Source: Candidatus Latescibacterota bacterium (GTDB lineage Bacteria; Latescibacterota; UBA2968; SICM01). From it: a DNA stretch of 64,000 nucleotides. The stretch spans positions 1,920,001 to 1,984,000 of the forward strand of contig CBDCJO010000002.1 of the NCBI GenBank assembly GCA_965217865.1. Direction: 5' to 3'. The notes under the pieces were generated by a model. It was given only the letters and a program-made list of their open reading frames with translations. It ran no database searches and had not been told where the DNA came from. Position 1 is the first letter of the stretch, and every line of letters begins with the position of its first letter. Below, piece by piece: positions 10,486-20,571 of the stretch. The position numbers and the translations under genes are program-made.

Positions 10486-11529
10486 TTGAAACCTCCGGTC
10501 GAAGTCCAGGGCGTCCTTCACGTCCACTCAGCCCATTCTGATGGGTCGGGATCTGTTCACGAAATTATCGAAGCCGCGCAAGGGGCAGAGATCGATTTTC
10601 TGATCCTGACCGATCATAACACCATGCAGGCGAAGATAGAGGGGTGGGAGGGATGGCACGGTTCCACACTCCTTATGGTGGGCGAGGAAGTAAGTACCCA
10701 ATCTGGTCACTGCCTGGCCATCGGCACTTCGGACCCCACGGGTCATGGCTCAAACCGATCGTTCGGCCGGCGTCGATCGGCCGGGGAGACCCTCCGGGAT
10801 ATCCGACGGCAGGGAGGGCTCTCATTCATAGCACACCCTCATGGTCTTTACAAACCGTTTTTCAGGAAACGCGATCACTCCTGGAAGGACTGGAGCATAA
10901 ACTCTTACAACGGGCTGGAGATCTGGTCCTACATGTTTGATTGGGCGAGCCGGTTCAGAAAAAGAAGGTGGAAGGTGTGCCTTCAGGACCCGGACGCACT
11001 GATTGGGGGCCCGGACCCGAAGACCCTCGAAAAATGGGACGAGATAGGACGTAAAACAAGACTGGTTGGAATCGGAGGGGTTGATGCCCACGCACACCGC
11101 TACCCACTGATCAACCGGATCGTATTTCCTTACGCAGACCTGTTTCACACGGTCCGGACCCACGTTCTACTTGACCGGCATGTTACCGGGAATTCAGAAA
11201 TCGACAAGACCTCCATCTTACACGCGATTGGAATGGGTCATTGCTTCGCTGCTTACGAACAGCTGGGCAGAGCTTCCGGTTTCCGCTTTTCAGCACCCTC
11301 CGAGGAGCTTGAGATGGGGGATGAAGCAAAATTCCAGAAAGATATCGAACTCGTCACCGAATCTCCCGTCGCGGCCGATTTCCGATTAATCCGGGACGGC
11401 CGCCTGCACACCAGGGGACATGGAATGCGAAGGGTTTTCAAAACATCCGGACCTGGAGTGTACAGGGTCGAGGCCTGCCTGGAAGGGCGGCCATGGATTT
11501 TCACGAACCCGGTTTATCTGAGGGATTAG
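10486..11529 (+). CDS. PHP-domain (CehA/McbA-like) metallohydrolase
   Basis: LHVHSAHSDG, LTDHN, AHP, GGVDAH, terminal FTNPVY. Confidence 0.85.
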   Translation: MKPPVEVQGVLHVHSAHSDGSGSVHEIIEAAQGAEIDFLILTDHNTMQAKIEGWEGWHGSTLLMVGEEVSTQSGHCLAIGTSDPTGHGSNRSFGRRRSAGETLRDIRRQGGLSFIAHPHGLYKPFFRKRDHSWKDWSINSYNGLEIWSYMFDWASRFRKRRWKVCLQDPDALIGGPDPKTLEKWDEIGRKTRLVGIGGVDAHAHRYPLINRIVFPYADLFHTVRTHVLLDRHVTGNSEIDKTSILHAIGMGHCFAAYEQLGRASGFRFSAPSEELEMGDEAKFQKDIELVTESPVAADFRLIRDGRLHTRGHGMRRVFKTSGPGVYRVEACLEGRPWIFTNPVYLRD

Positions 11530-13983
11530 ATGAATCATTTCGACAGGAACCAGAGGATCGTCGGCGTCGCGGTTTTCTTGTGGTCCCTGCTGATCTACTT
11601 GAAGACCGTTGCTCCCACCGTCTCCTTTTGGGACTGTGGTGAGTTTATCTCCTGCGCCTACATACTTGGCGTCCCTCATCCCCCCGGAGCACCCCTCCAC
11701 ATCTTGATCGGCCGCATCGCCACCCTTCTGCCCACGTCCCCCGAGATCGCCTTTCGTGTCAACATCGTATCCTGTTTCTGTTCGGCTTTTGCCGTGCTGC
11801 TCGGATATCTGATCGTGGTTCGAATGCTCCGAGCCTGGATCGATATCCGGAATTTGGAGGGGCAGGTCACTGTCCTCACGGGGGCAGCAGTGGGCGCTCT
11901 GACGATGGCATTTTCGAGTGTGTTCTGGTTTAACTCTGTCGAAGCAGAAGTCTACGCCATGTCGATGCTCATCACGCTTCTGGCCATCTGGATCGCGCTT
12001 CTCTGGAGGGAGAGGGCGGAAGATCCTGGCAGCGACAGGCTCCTGCTCTTCATCGCCTACCTGTTCGGCCTGGGCGGAGGAGTCCACCTTCAGTGCCTCC
12101 TCACGATTCCGGCGATAATGCTCCTTGTTCTGTTCACCGTAAGCCGGGATAGCCCGGCATCAAAGCTGAAGATTTGGATTGCCATACCATTCATCGCACC
12201 GTTTATCGCGATGTTGACAAAAGAGGATTTGACGATTGGCGGCTTCAGCTTGGTGCGACTCCTGGGTTTCGGATTGATGCTCGCGGCCTTAATCCACCTG
12301 GCCTCTCTACGACCATCCTTCCGAAATTGGAAATTCTGGGGTCTCGCACTCCTGTTGGCGGGCCTCGGTTTTTCAACCTATGGAATGCCCATCATCCGTT
12401 CCTGGGCAGATCCGATCATCGACATGAACAACCCGGGAAATCTACAGAACTTTCAGGATTATGTTCTTCGTAAACAGTACGGCCAGACATACGCCTTTCC
12501 CAGGCGTGGTGATTTCTGGGGTTTCCAGATGAACATCTTCACTAAGTATTTCCTTCAGCAATTCCCGCACTGGTCGGGATTTTCGCTCGACGGATTCTTC
12601 CGCAGGGCCATATACGTCCCTTCCAGTGCATTAGAGAGAATCTCTTTTTCGCTCATCCCCCTGGCCGTCGGGATCGGGGGAGCGATCTGGCACGCCCGCA
12701 AAAGCTGGAGACTCTTCCTGGCCATGCTTTCCCTATTCCTGATCATGAGCCTGGGGCTTGTCATCTACCTCAACATGCCGGATCCGGAGCCCAGGGAACG
12801 CGAGTACATCTTCGTTGGGGCCTACTGTGTATTCGCCCTCTGGATCGGAATGGGCGCCGCGGGGATCGTCTTCTGGGGAACGCGAACTCTGCGAGAAGCA
12901 GGGTTCCACCGCACTTGGGTCCCCATATTGATAAGCGTTGCGATGTTCGTCCTTCCCGTGGTCATGATGGCTGAGAATTACCACGAACGCGACCGAACCG
13001 GGAATTTTCTTGCCCACGATTACGCATCCAACATCCTGGAAACCTGTGAAAAGGACGCCATCATTTTCACAAATGGGGACAATGACACCTACCCCCTCTG
13101 GTTTATGCAATATGTCAAAGGTTTTCGCCGGGATATCAGGGTTGTAAACCTCAGCCTGATCAAGACGGACTGGTATATCCGACAGCTCCGGGATCTGGAG
13201 CCCAGGGTCCCTATCAATCTCTCCGATCAATACATCGAGAGCAACTTTCAGGCAAAAACGTGGATTGAACCCTCCGATGTGACTCTAGCGGGGATCACCA
13301 TCGATGCGAAGGAAGTGCCGATTGCGAACTACCCGGCTGTGGTGGGCGGTCAGGTCAGGTCCATCCCGGTTGTGGAACAGCATACCTGGATGATCTGGCG
13401 AATTGTGGAACAGATTAAGTGGAATCGACCGATATATTTCGCCCTTACCGTTCCCGAATCCAACCACGCAGGGCTCACCCCCTTCTTCTCGTGGGAGGGC
13501 ATGGCGTGGCGTTTGACGAAACAGAAAACCCCGAGGTCAGGCAGGTTCGATCACGAACAGACCGCACACAACCTCTCTCGGGTATATCGATACACGGGAT
13601 TGAACGATCCAACCGTATATAAGGATCCCGTGGACCTTCGACTCCTGACAAATTACCAGGTCATCTTCCAAACCCTTGCCCGGAGGTATCAAGAACTCGG
13701 CCAGGATGAGAAAACCTTTGAGATTTTGAAACACTACGTAAAAGTCCTTCCCCCGTCGGTCATTCCGGTTCCGCCCAGTTTGAAACGAGAATTCACTCGG
13801 GTCCTTCATGTCGTCGCAGGGCAGCTAACCAAAATAGGCCTGAACGAGAACGCCGCCGAGGCCCTAAAAATGGCACTTCAATTCGATCCAGACTACGACT
13901 TCAACGGAATCACCCGAGAACACCTGATGGAAGCCATTCAACTCCTCGAGAGCGGTTTTTCCTCATCCCTCCTGGTCGATTAA
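11530..13983 (+). CDS. DUF2723 / TMEM260-like membrane glycosyltransferase
   Basis: PTVSFWDCGEFI, HPPGAPL, EAEVY, REREY, FTNGDNDTYPLW. Confidence 0.9.
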   Translation: MNHFDRNQRIVGVAVFLWSLLIYLKTVAPTVSFWDCGEFISCAYILGVPHPPGAPLHILIGRIATLLPTSPEIAFRVNIVSCFCSAFAVLLGYLIVVRMLRAWIDIRNLEGQVTVLTGAAVGALTMAFSSVFWFNSVEAEVYAMSMLITLLAIWIALLWRERAEDPGSDRLLLFIAYLFGLGGGVHLQCLLTIPAIMLLVLFTVSRDSPASKLKIWIAIPFIAPFIAMLTKEDLTIGGFSLVRLLGFGLMLAALIHLASLRPSFRNWKFWGLALLLAGLGFSTYGMPIIRSWADPIIDMNNPGNLQNFQDYVLRKQYGQTYAFPRRGDFWGFQMNIFTKYFLQQFPHWSGFSLDGFFRRAIYVPSSALERISFSLIPLAVGIGGAIWHARKSWRLFLAMLSLFLIMSLGLVIYLNMPDPEPREREYIFVGAYCVFALWIGMGAAGIVFWGTRTLREAGFHRTWVPILISVAMFVLPVVMMAENYHERDRTGNFLAHDYASNILETCEKDAIIFTNGDNDTYPLWFMQYVKGFRRDIRVVNLSLIKTDWYIRQLRDLEPRVPINLSDQYIESNFQAKTWIEPSDVTLAGITIDAKEVPIANYPAVVGGQVRSIPVVEQHTWMIWRIVEQIKWNRPIYFALTVPESNHAGLTPFFSWEGMAWRLTKQKTPRSGRFDHEQTAHNLSRVYRYTGLNDPTVYKDPVDLRLLTNYQVIFQTLARRYQELGQDEKTFEILKHYVKVLPPSVIPVPPSLKREFTRVLHVVAGQLTKIGLNENAAEALKMALQFDPDYDFNGITREHLMEAIQLLESGFSSSLLVD

Positions 13984-14020
13984 ACAGGACCGATGAGCAA
14001 AATCCTGGAAACAGGCGTCG

Positions 14021-14560
14021 ATGGACGAAGAAATCGCATCCCTGTCTGAAAAATTTGGCACCCCTCAACTGATCACGGAACGCCTTCCATGCGGCGACAC
14101 CGATCCCCTCTCCTCTCAACGTCAGGGGGAAGTCGCCATGGTACTCCTGCGAAAAAGCAATAAAATCCTGTTGAACACGAAGGGATTTTACCCCAGCGGG
14201 ACATTCCGCATCCCGACCGGAGGGATCAAGAAAGGGGAGCCCGTGGAGGCCGCACTGTTGCGTGAGACCTTGGAGGAGACCAATCTCGAGGTGGAAGTGC
14301 TGCGCTTTTTGGCGGTCATCACCTACCAGGTCCCCGGCCGTCCGGCGCCTTTTACAACCTACGCGTTCTTGCTCCGTGAGATCGCGGGTGAATTGAAGGT
14401 CAACGATCCCAAGGAGCGGATATCGGGATGGCTGGAAGTGGAGGCGGGGTGCTTGAAAGAAGTTGGGGAGAGACTCGCGAACCTGGAAGGAGACTGGAAG
14501 GGATGGGGCGGATTTCGCTCGGTCGTCCATCGCATCGTAGGAGATTTGTTGACCTCATAA
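14021..14560 (+). CDS. NUDIX hydrolase
   Basis: Nudix box GGIKKGEPVEAALLRETLEETNL. Confidence 0.9.
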   Translation: MDEEIASLSEKFGTPQLITERLPCGDTDPLSSQRQGEVAMVLLRKSNKILLNTKGFYPSGTFRIPTGGIKKGEPVEAALLRETLEETNLEVEVLRFLAVITYQVPGRPAPFTTYAFLLREIAGELKVNDPKERISGWLEVEAGCLKEVGERLANLEGDWKGWGGFRSVVHRIVGDLLTS

Positions 14561-14586
14561 AATTCGGTTTGGAAAAAGATATTGTA

Positions 14587-14624
14587 AAGCCCCGGAGGAC
14601 CTGCCTCCGGGGCTTCCTTTTTTT
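14587..14624 (+). terminator. intrinsic terminator
   Basis: AAGCCCCGGAGG-loop-CCTCCGGGGCTT followed by T-tract, between convergent genes. Confidence 0.85.
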
Positions 14625-14693
14625 CGGGACTTCGTGGCTGAACCGTCGATTTCTTCGATCAGGATGCTTTGCAGTTCGGGTACTCAAATCCGA

Positions 14694-15872
14694 TCAACAT
14701 CGTTCGACCGCAATCGCAACAGCTTCTCCCCCCCCAATGCAAATCGCGTCGATTCCAAGCGTGAGGCCTTTCTGATTCAAGGCGTTAAGCAGCGTGACGA
14801 GCGTCCTGGTGCCGCTTGCACCGATCGGATGTCCCAAGGCAACCGCCCCCCCGTGGACGTTCAACTTCTCGTGAGGGATCCCCAGTTCATGCATCGCAGC
14901 CATGGGCACGGACGAAAACGCTTCGTTGATCTCGAAAAGATCCACATCGCCGACTTTCAGCCCGAGTTGAACCATAAGACTGGAGATAGCGCCGATCGGA
15001 GCCAGGGTAAACCACTCGGGCTCCCGTGAAAAAGCGCTGTGGCCGAGGATCTTCGCCTGAGGGGTCACTTTCAGGCTCTCGACCTTTTCACCGGATAGGA
15101 CAACGATCGCGGCCGCCCCGTCGTTGATGCTGGATGCGTTTCCGGCGGTGACCGTACCCGCTTTGCCGAAGGCCGAACGGAGATTTCGAAGTTTCTCCTC
15201 GTTGAATCGATTAAGCCCCTCGTCCCGGGACACCGTCAGCGTGGACTTCCCCGCAGGGGCTTCGACCGCCACGATCTCCTCTGCGAATACTCCGGTCTCG
15301 GATGCCAAAATCGCCCGCTGGTAGCTTTCCACGGCAAAATCATCCTGATCCCTTCTCGAAAACGAATATTTTTGGGCGCAACGATCCCCGCAGGATCCCA
15401 TGTGCACATCGTTATAGACATCCCAAAGGCCATCTTTGATCATCGAGTCAATCAGAATCCCGTTCCCCATTCGATAACCGGTTCGGGCTTTGTCCAGGAG
15501 ATAAGGTGCCGCAGACATGTTCTCCGTGCCCCCGGCCCCGACAACCGAGGCATCTCCGCACTGGATCGCTTGAGCGGCCAGGATGACCGATTTCAATCCC
15601 GACCCGCAGAGCTTGTTCACCGTCATGGCCCCCACCGAGGGGCTCAATCCTGCGCCGATGGAAACCTGCCTGGCAACATTTTGTCCCAATCCCGCGCTCA
15701 ACACATTTCCGAAGATGACTTCGTCGACCTGATCCGGATGGATCCCCGATCTGTTCATTGATGCTTTAAGCGCTTCACGCCCCAGAGCCGGTGCGGGCAT
15801 CTCGGCCAGAGCCCCGGAAAATTCACCGATGGCGGTGCGTACGCCCCCTGCAAGAAAAACGTCCTTCAACAT
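14694..15872 (-). CDS. acetyl-CoA C-acetyltransferase (thiolase)
   Basis: NKLCGSG, NEAF, GHPIGASG, CIGGG; start taken at MLKDVF. Confidence 0.95.
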   Translation of the reverse strand: MLKDVFLAGGVRTAIGEFSGALAEMPAPALGREALKASMNRSGIHPDQVDEVIFGNVLSAGLGQNVARQVSIGAGLSPSVGAMTVNKLCGSGLKSVILAAQAIQCGDASVVGAGGTENMSAAPYLLDKARTGYRMGNGILIDSMIKDGLWDVYNDVHMGSCGDRCAQKYSFSRRDQDDFAVESYQRAILASETGVFAEEIVAVEAPAGKSTLTVSRDEGLNRFNEEKLRNLRSAFGKAGTVTAGNASSINDGAAAIVVLSGEKVESLKVTPQAKILGHSAFSREPEWFTLAPIGAISSLMVQLGLKVGDVDLFEINEAFSSVPMAAMHELGIPHEKLNVHGGAVALGHPIGASGTRTLVTLLNALNQKGLTLGIDAICIGGGEAVAIAVERC

Positions 15873-15910
15873 ATCGATATCCTCCGAACGATCGGCGGAC
15901 GCCTTTGAAC

Positions 15911-16069
15911 CCTCTGGCCTATAATATGGCCACAAGTTGTGGGACCGGTCTCTAGACCGGGAACCTGGCTCTGTATGGCCAGGTCCATTCAACAATGGAT
16001 TTTCCGTTGGCCAGATGCCCTTATTCCCCGACTGGAGTCGGGTCCCACAAGTCTAAGGGACTATTTCCA
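15911..16069. repeat. REP-doublet (REPIN-like) dispersed repeat, copy 1
   Basis: TTGTGGGACCGGTCTCTAGACCGGGAA ... TTCCCCGACTGGAGTCGGGTCCCACAA form inverted arms; diverged copy at ~24753-24902. Confidence 0.8.
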
Positions 16070-16189
16070 TTTTCCATTTCCATGGCCCCGGGGAAAAAAA
16101 TGGGGCGTCTTGGAGGTAAAAGGTCATCCCCCCAAAATGCCCCACTATCCGAACACTCCGCCGGTTTTATACCTTTCCCCTGAACCCCT

Positions 16190-16828
16190 CTACCGGATCA
16201 GCTTGGCCAGGCGGTCCCATTGGACCTTTCTGGTAAAGTCCCATAAGGGGGCGGTGGAGTTCCAAGAGAAGTAGATGATCATCGCCTCACCGAGCACGGC
16301 TTCCTGTGAAACCGGACCAAAATAGCGGCTGTCGAAGCTGTTGTCCCGGTTATCCCCCATCACGAACATGTGACCGGGCGGCACCTTGATCGGAGCGTAA
16401 TTATCCCGGGGACCGTTTCCATAAACCGCGCGATCGACAAATTTCCCTTCAGAGGGAAGCGGGGCGTGTTTGCCGTCGATGTAGAGGGATTTGTTCCGGA
16501 TCTCAACCGTTTGACCGCCGACGGCGACGCAACGTTTAATCAGGGTTTTACTCTCTTCTACGGGAGATCGAAAGATTACGATATCACCCGGTTCGGGATC
16601 CTTGATTGCGGGAAGTCGATATTTAATCAGAGGGATTCGTGCCCCGTATATAAATTTATTCGCGAGAAGAAAGTCTCCGATCAGAAGGGTATTTTCCATC
16701 GAACCTGATGGAATACGATACGCCTCCACGACCGAGGTTCGAATGAAAACAAAACAAACCAGAGCGATCAGAATAGAAGAGACGTATTCCTTGATTTTCG
16801 AATTCCAGTTTGAGGCCCGCCTGGACAT
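16190..16828 (-). CDS. lepB: signal peptidase I
   Basis: IPSGSMENTL, IKRC, GDNRDNSFDSRYFG. Confidence 0.95.
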   Translation of the reverse strand: MSRRASNWNSKIKEYVSSILIALVCFVFIRTSVVEAYRIPSGSMENTLLIGDFLLANKFIYGARIPLIKYRLPAIKDPEPGDIVIFRSPVEESKTLIKRCVAVGGQTVEIRNKSLYIDGKHAPLPSEGKFVDRAVYGNGPRDNYAPIKVPPGHMFVMGDNRDNSFDSRYFGPVSQEAVLGEAMIIYFSWNSTAPLWDFTRKVQWDRLAKLIR

Positions 16829-16862
16829 GACGATTCTCCCGGGTGTGGATTGGAAAAATAAC

Positions 16863-16890
16863 TTGACTTAAGTTTATTCATGATTAATAT
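16863..16890 (+). promoter_or_regulatory. sigma70-like promoter for tRNA-Gly
   Basis: TTGACT-N16-TAATAT ending 13 nt before the tRNA. Confidence 0.5.
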
Positions 16891-16903
16891 TTGATCGTAC
16901 GTC

Positions 16904-16978
<75 letters not shown>

Positions 16979-16991
16979 ATTTCACCCGTCG

Positions 16992-17312
16992 CTAGGAACG
17001 ACCCACCGGATGACCGCCTGGTGGGTCTTGGCTTTTGCCTGAAGCGCCTTCATCCTCCGGATTCCCTACCGACAAACCCTGCTCCCCCTCGGGCTCAAAT
17101 CGAACGACCCCGTCCGTTCCAGGGTTGAGTATGTCCACGATCCACCCCTCGACCTCTTTATCCTTCACCCGAATCGTCTTGGATGTTTTTTCGACAATCT
17201 TCGCTTCTTTGGAAACGCGAATCATACTCTCTGAATCGTTGATGCAGAAGATCCTTTGAATATAACCTTCATCCATGCTGCCCATTTTGGTGACACTGCT
17301 TTTCTCTTCCAT
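16992..17312 (-). CDS. hypothetical protein
   Basis: ORF downstream of nadD with GGAG before ATG; no recognised motif. Confidence 0.55.
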   Translation of the reverse strand: MEEKSSVTKMGSMDEGYIQRIFCINDSESMIRVSKEAKIVEKTSKTIRVKDKEVEGWIVDILNPGTDGVVRFEPEGEQGLSVGNPEDEGASGKSQDPPGGHPVGRS

Positions 17313-17383
17313 AGCCTGCTCCATTCAAAGAGACGAACGAATTGTCATAACCCTTCACGAGAAACGGTCGCCCTCCGGTCATC

Positions 17384-17992
17384 TCACGTTGAATCCGGTA
17401 AGCGATAAAGTCCTTGATTGTTGATGTAATTTTCGACCTCAAACGGCACATGATAGCGAATCGATCTTCCCTCGCGGACCCGGGCTCGGATGTCGGTCGA
17501 GGAGATCTCGATTTCAGGACTCTCAACCATCTGCAGGTGCGTGGTCACAGCCCCGTCCACACCAGAAAGGTCTGATCCGGGGCGTCGGACAACAAGCACA
17601 TTGGCCAATTCCAGAACACCATCGGGACAATGCCAAGTCGGGATCTCAAGGGCATTGTCTGCACCGATAATCAAAAATAGTTCAACATCCTCCCCCATCT
17701 CACGCCGCAACTCTCGTAATGTATCGACGGTGTAGGACGGCCCGTCCCGACGTAGTTCGTGCGATGAGAGCTCGAACTGAGTATGGTTGAGAATGGCCAA
17801 AAGGACCATTTCTACACGGTCCTTTGCGGGCGCCATCTCCGGATATCGTTTATGCGGGGGATCTGACGCCGGGATAAACAACACTTTCCCAAGATGACAA
17901 GCCTCACGTACCGTCTCTGCCGCGATCAAGTGGCCGTTATGGATCGGATCGAATACCCCCCCCAGAAGACCTACCCTTTGTGCTGGATTCAG
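17384..17992 (-). CDS. nadD: nicotinate-nucleotide adenylyltransferase
   Basis: Frame extends upstream of the ORF-track start to RVGLLGGVFDPIHNGHL; PPHK, SYTVDT, IIGAD, ISSTDIR. Start uncertain (CTG at 17992 is the only start-like codon). Confidence 0.9.
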   Translation of the reverse strand: MNPAQRVGLLGGVFDPIHNGHLIAAETVREACHLGKVLFIPASDPPHKRYPEMAPAKDRVEMVLLAILNHTQFELSSHELRRDGPSYTVDTLRELRREMGEDVELFLIIGADNALEIPTWHCPDGVLELANVLVVRRPGSDLSGVDGAVTTHLQMVESPEIEISSTDIRARVREGRSIRYHVPFEVENYINNQGLYRLPDST

Positions 17993-18782
17993 TTCCCATA
18001 CCTTTCTGTGACGTAGAGTTCTTTTTTCGGAGTTCTTTCAGCTCCTCTTGAGCTCGTTTCTCGACCGAGGGTTGAACCCCATCGGAGAGGAGTTGTCGAA
18101 GATCGATCAGGGCCTGTTCGACCTCCCCTTTTCTGGCCTTAACCATGGCCAGACCCAATTTTGCATTTCCAGCCCAAGGGGTGTCGTTGTGAAATTCCAA
18201 AACGCGTTGATAGTAAACCTGAGCCGCTCTGGGATATCCCCACTTCATGTAGTTGTCCGCGATTTCGATGACCTTTGCAGCGAGCTTGCTATTAAGTTCA
18301 CTCAACATCTCTTCTGCATCGGCTGTCAATTCGAGATCCGGGTAATCCTCGATAAAACGCCTAAACTCTGAGATGGCCTTCTGAGTGTCTGACTGATCAA
18401 GGTGGACATTGTTGGACAGATTTGCATAACTTTTCGCGACCTTATACTGTGCAGTGGGGACCAGGGAGCTGTTGGGATATTCGTTCATTAATCGGTGATA
18501 CTCAAAGATGGCCTCTGTGTAATCCTTGGAACAGAACCTGGCCTCACCTAATCCGAACTGTGCATCGTCCACCAGGTGGGAGCCGGGAAAATTGACCACC
18601 ACCTTTCGATAGTGTTCAGCAGCTTTCAGACAGTGTCTCTTTGAAAGCTCCAGATCGGCCTTCTCCAAATAATACCGGGCATCCCGACGGGCGGTGGCCT
18701 CTTTTTTTCCGCCGCATCCCACAAGGTGCATCGATGCCGTCAGAGCAACGAGCATGAAACAGGTATAGGCTACTTTTGACAC
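17937..18782 (-). CDS. bamD: outer membrane protein assembly factor BamD
   Basis: Lipobox LVGC, TPR repeats, DQSDTQKAISEFRRFIEDYP; nadD neighbourhood. Confidence 0.85.
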   Translation of the reverse strand: MSKVAYTCFMLVALTASMHLVGCGGKKEATARRDARYYLEKADLELSKRHCLKAAEHYRKVVVNFPGSHLVDDAQFGLGEARFCSKDYTEAIFEYHRLMNEYPNSSLVPTAQYKVAKSYANLSNNVHLDQSDTQKAISEFRRFIEDYPDLELTADAEEMLSELNSKLAAKVIEIADNYMKWGYPRAAQVYYQRVLEFHNDTPWAGNAKLGLAMVKARKGEVEQALIDLRQLLSDGVQPSVEKRAQEELKELRKKNSTSQKGMGTESSTKGRSSGGGIRSDP

Positions 18783-18789
18783 CGCAACA

Positions 18790-19596
18790 CTACCTTTTGT
18801 TTTTCCACAGATTCTTCAGCAAGGCCTTTGCTCGACCCACATACTCACTTTCGGGATAATCGACTGTCAAACGCTTCAGTTCGACGACCGCCTTTTCGCG
18901 TTCCCCCAATTTTAGATAGCAAATGCCGATCTTCAACTGCGCATCATCGTTTTTCTCCGTATCCGGAAAGGAGAAAACCTTCTGGAATTCCGTGACGGCC
19001 CGGATATAGTCCTCAAGCCAATAATAGCATTCCCCGATCCAATATTGAGCGTTGTCGGCCAGGTTGTGCTTCGGAGCGGACTGAAGCACGTCCGAGAAAC
19101 CCTTCATGCCCTTTCGGAATCGCCGAGCCATAAAATCCTGGTGAGCGGCCTTGTAACGCGCCTTTAAAACTTGGGATTTGGAATTCTTAGGAGGGGATTT
19201 TTTTCCCTTCCCCCTCGGAAGCACCCGGGGAGGGGGTTTCGGATCTTCGGGCAGCACCTTTACCAGATCCTCCAGGGCCTTGATCCGGTCTTCAAGGTGG
19301 GAAACCTGATCCGATAGTTCCTGATTCTCCTCCTCCAATCGCGTTACTTTTCCAGATTGAATGACATAAGAGTGCTTCAGGCTATCCGTATTCACAGAAA
19401 CCGGGGCCAACTCTTCTTCTATGCCGGACGTGTCGGCCGGAATAGTCCGCTCCACCGGGGCGGGAGAGCCCGATGAAGCGGATGGTGGCGCCTTTTCCCT
19501 CTCATAGCGGGTAACCGCACATCCAACCCACACGACCGTCAGGGAGAGGGTCAGGGTCCTTATAACCGCCTGGTTGGACCAAAAGATACCGCTCAC
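18790..19596 (-). CDS. cpoB: tol-pal system TPR protein YbgF/CpoB
   Basis: Lipobox WVGC, coiled coil, LADNAQYWIGECYY, DAQLKIG. Confidence 0.8.
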   Translation of the reverse strand: MSGIFWSNQAVIRTLTLSLTVVWVGCAVTRYEREKAPPSASSGSPAPVERTIPADTSGIEEELAPVSVNTDSLKHSYVIQSGKVTRLEEENQELSDQVSHLEDRIKALEDLVKVLPEDPKPPPRVLPRGKGKKSPPKNSKSQVLKARYKAAHQDFMARRFRKGMKGFSDVLQSAPKHNLADNAQYWIGECYYWLEDYIRAVTEFQKVFSFPDTEKNDDAQLKIGICYLKLGEREKAVVELKRLTVDYPESEYVGRAKALLKNLWKNKR

Positions 19597-19723
19597 GAAA
19601 CCTCCGAATAAATATCTGCTTACAGTCTGCCCCTGTACGAAAAAACATAAGGAAATGGGAGATGCAAGTCAAGACCAAACAGAGGGTAACGTGCTGATGC
19701 GACAGCTCCGTCCATAACTTCCC

Positions 19724-19753
19724 TTGACGAATAGGCGATCTCAATCGTATAAT
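19724..19753 (+). promoter_or_regulatory. sigma70-like promoter
   Basis: TTGACG-N18-TATAAT upstream of the methyltransferase. Confidence 0.55.
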
Positions 19754-19791
19754 TTGTGATTCAAATTAATTCCCTGTAACCTTCGAAATTT

Positions 19792-20571
19792 GTGAGGGGA
19801 ACTCTTCCGTGCCGGGTTTATCAGATGCAGTTTATCCGTGATCTGGTCATCAAAGGCTACTCCCACCCGTGTGTGCTTAATCGCTATACGGAGGTTGGAC
19901 TCTGGCCCTCTGAAGAGAGGCTGTTCCGGGAATACTTCGAGCCGGGTTGTCGGGTCCTTGATGTCGGATGCGGGACTGGACGCACCACCATCCCCCTCGC
20001 GGAAATGGAATACGATACGATCGGGATCGACCTATCTCCGGCGATGATCCGGATTGCGAAAACACTTTCGGCCGGCTTGAACCTCCCTTTTAAGGTCATG
20101 GACGCAGCAGACCTCAAATTTGAGGATAACGCGTTCGATGCGGCGCTCTTTTCCTACAACGGGATCGAACTCCTCCCTGGCCGGGATGGCAAAAAGCAGG
20201 TGATCCGGGAGTTGCATCGGGTGCTAAAACCGGATGGGGTCTTCATCTTCACCACACACTCCATCTTCGCCCTCAATCGGTTCGCACCGTTTCGAGCCCG
20301 TCTGTTTCTCCGGTTTAACCTTTCAAAACTCCTGGGGTTTCAAATTCCGGAAAAAGAGATCGGAGAGGTGTTTTATACAGGTGATAATCTCGAAGTTTAC
20401 TATATGCAGGTTCTCTCTCCCGCTTTTTATAAACGGTCCCTTCGAGAGGCGGGTTTTGACCTCATATACTACAACAGCCGGCGCCGGATCGAGGCGGACA
20501 AAGGGCCTTGGCCGTTCACAGCGTTCGAAGACAAGGAGCGATTCTACGTCGCACGAAAGGGTGTTCGATGA
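19792..20571 (+). CDS. class I SAM-dependent methyltransferase
   Basis: VLDVGCGTG, GIDLS, HRVLKPDG; start may be ATG ~19824. Confidence 0.9.
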   Translation: MRGTLPCRVYQMQFIRDLVIKGYSHPCVLNRYTEVGLWPSEERLFREYFEPGCRVLDVGCGTGRTTIPLAEMEYDTIGIDLSPAMIRIAKTLSAGLNLPFKVMDAADLKFEDNAFDAALFSYNGIELLPGRDGKKQVIRELHRVLKPDGVFIFTTHSIFALNRFAPFRARLFLRFNLSKLLGFQIPEKEIGEVFYTGDNLEVYYMQVLSPAFYKRSLREAGFDLIYYNSRRRIEADKGPWPFTAFEDKERFYVARKGVR

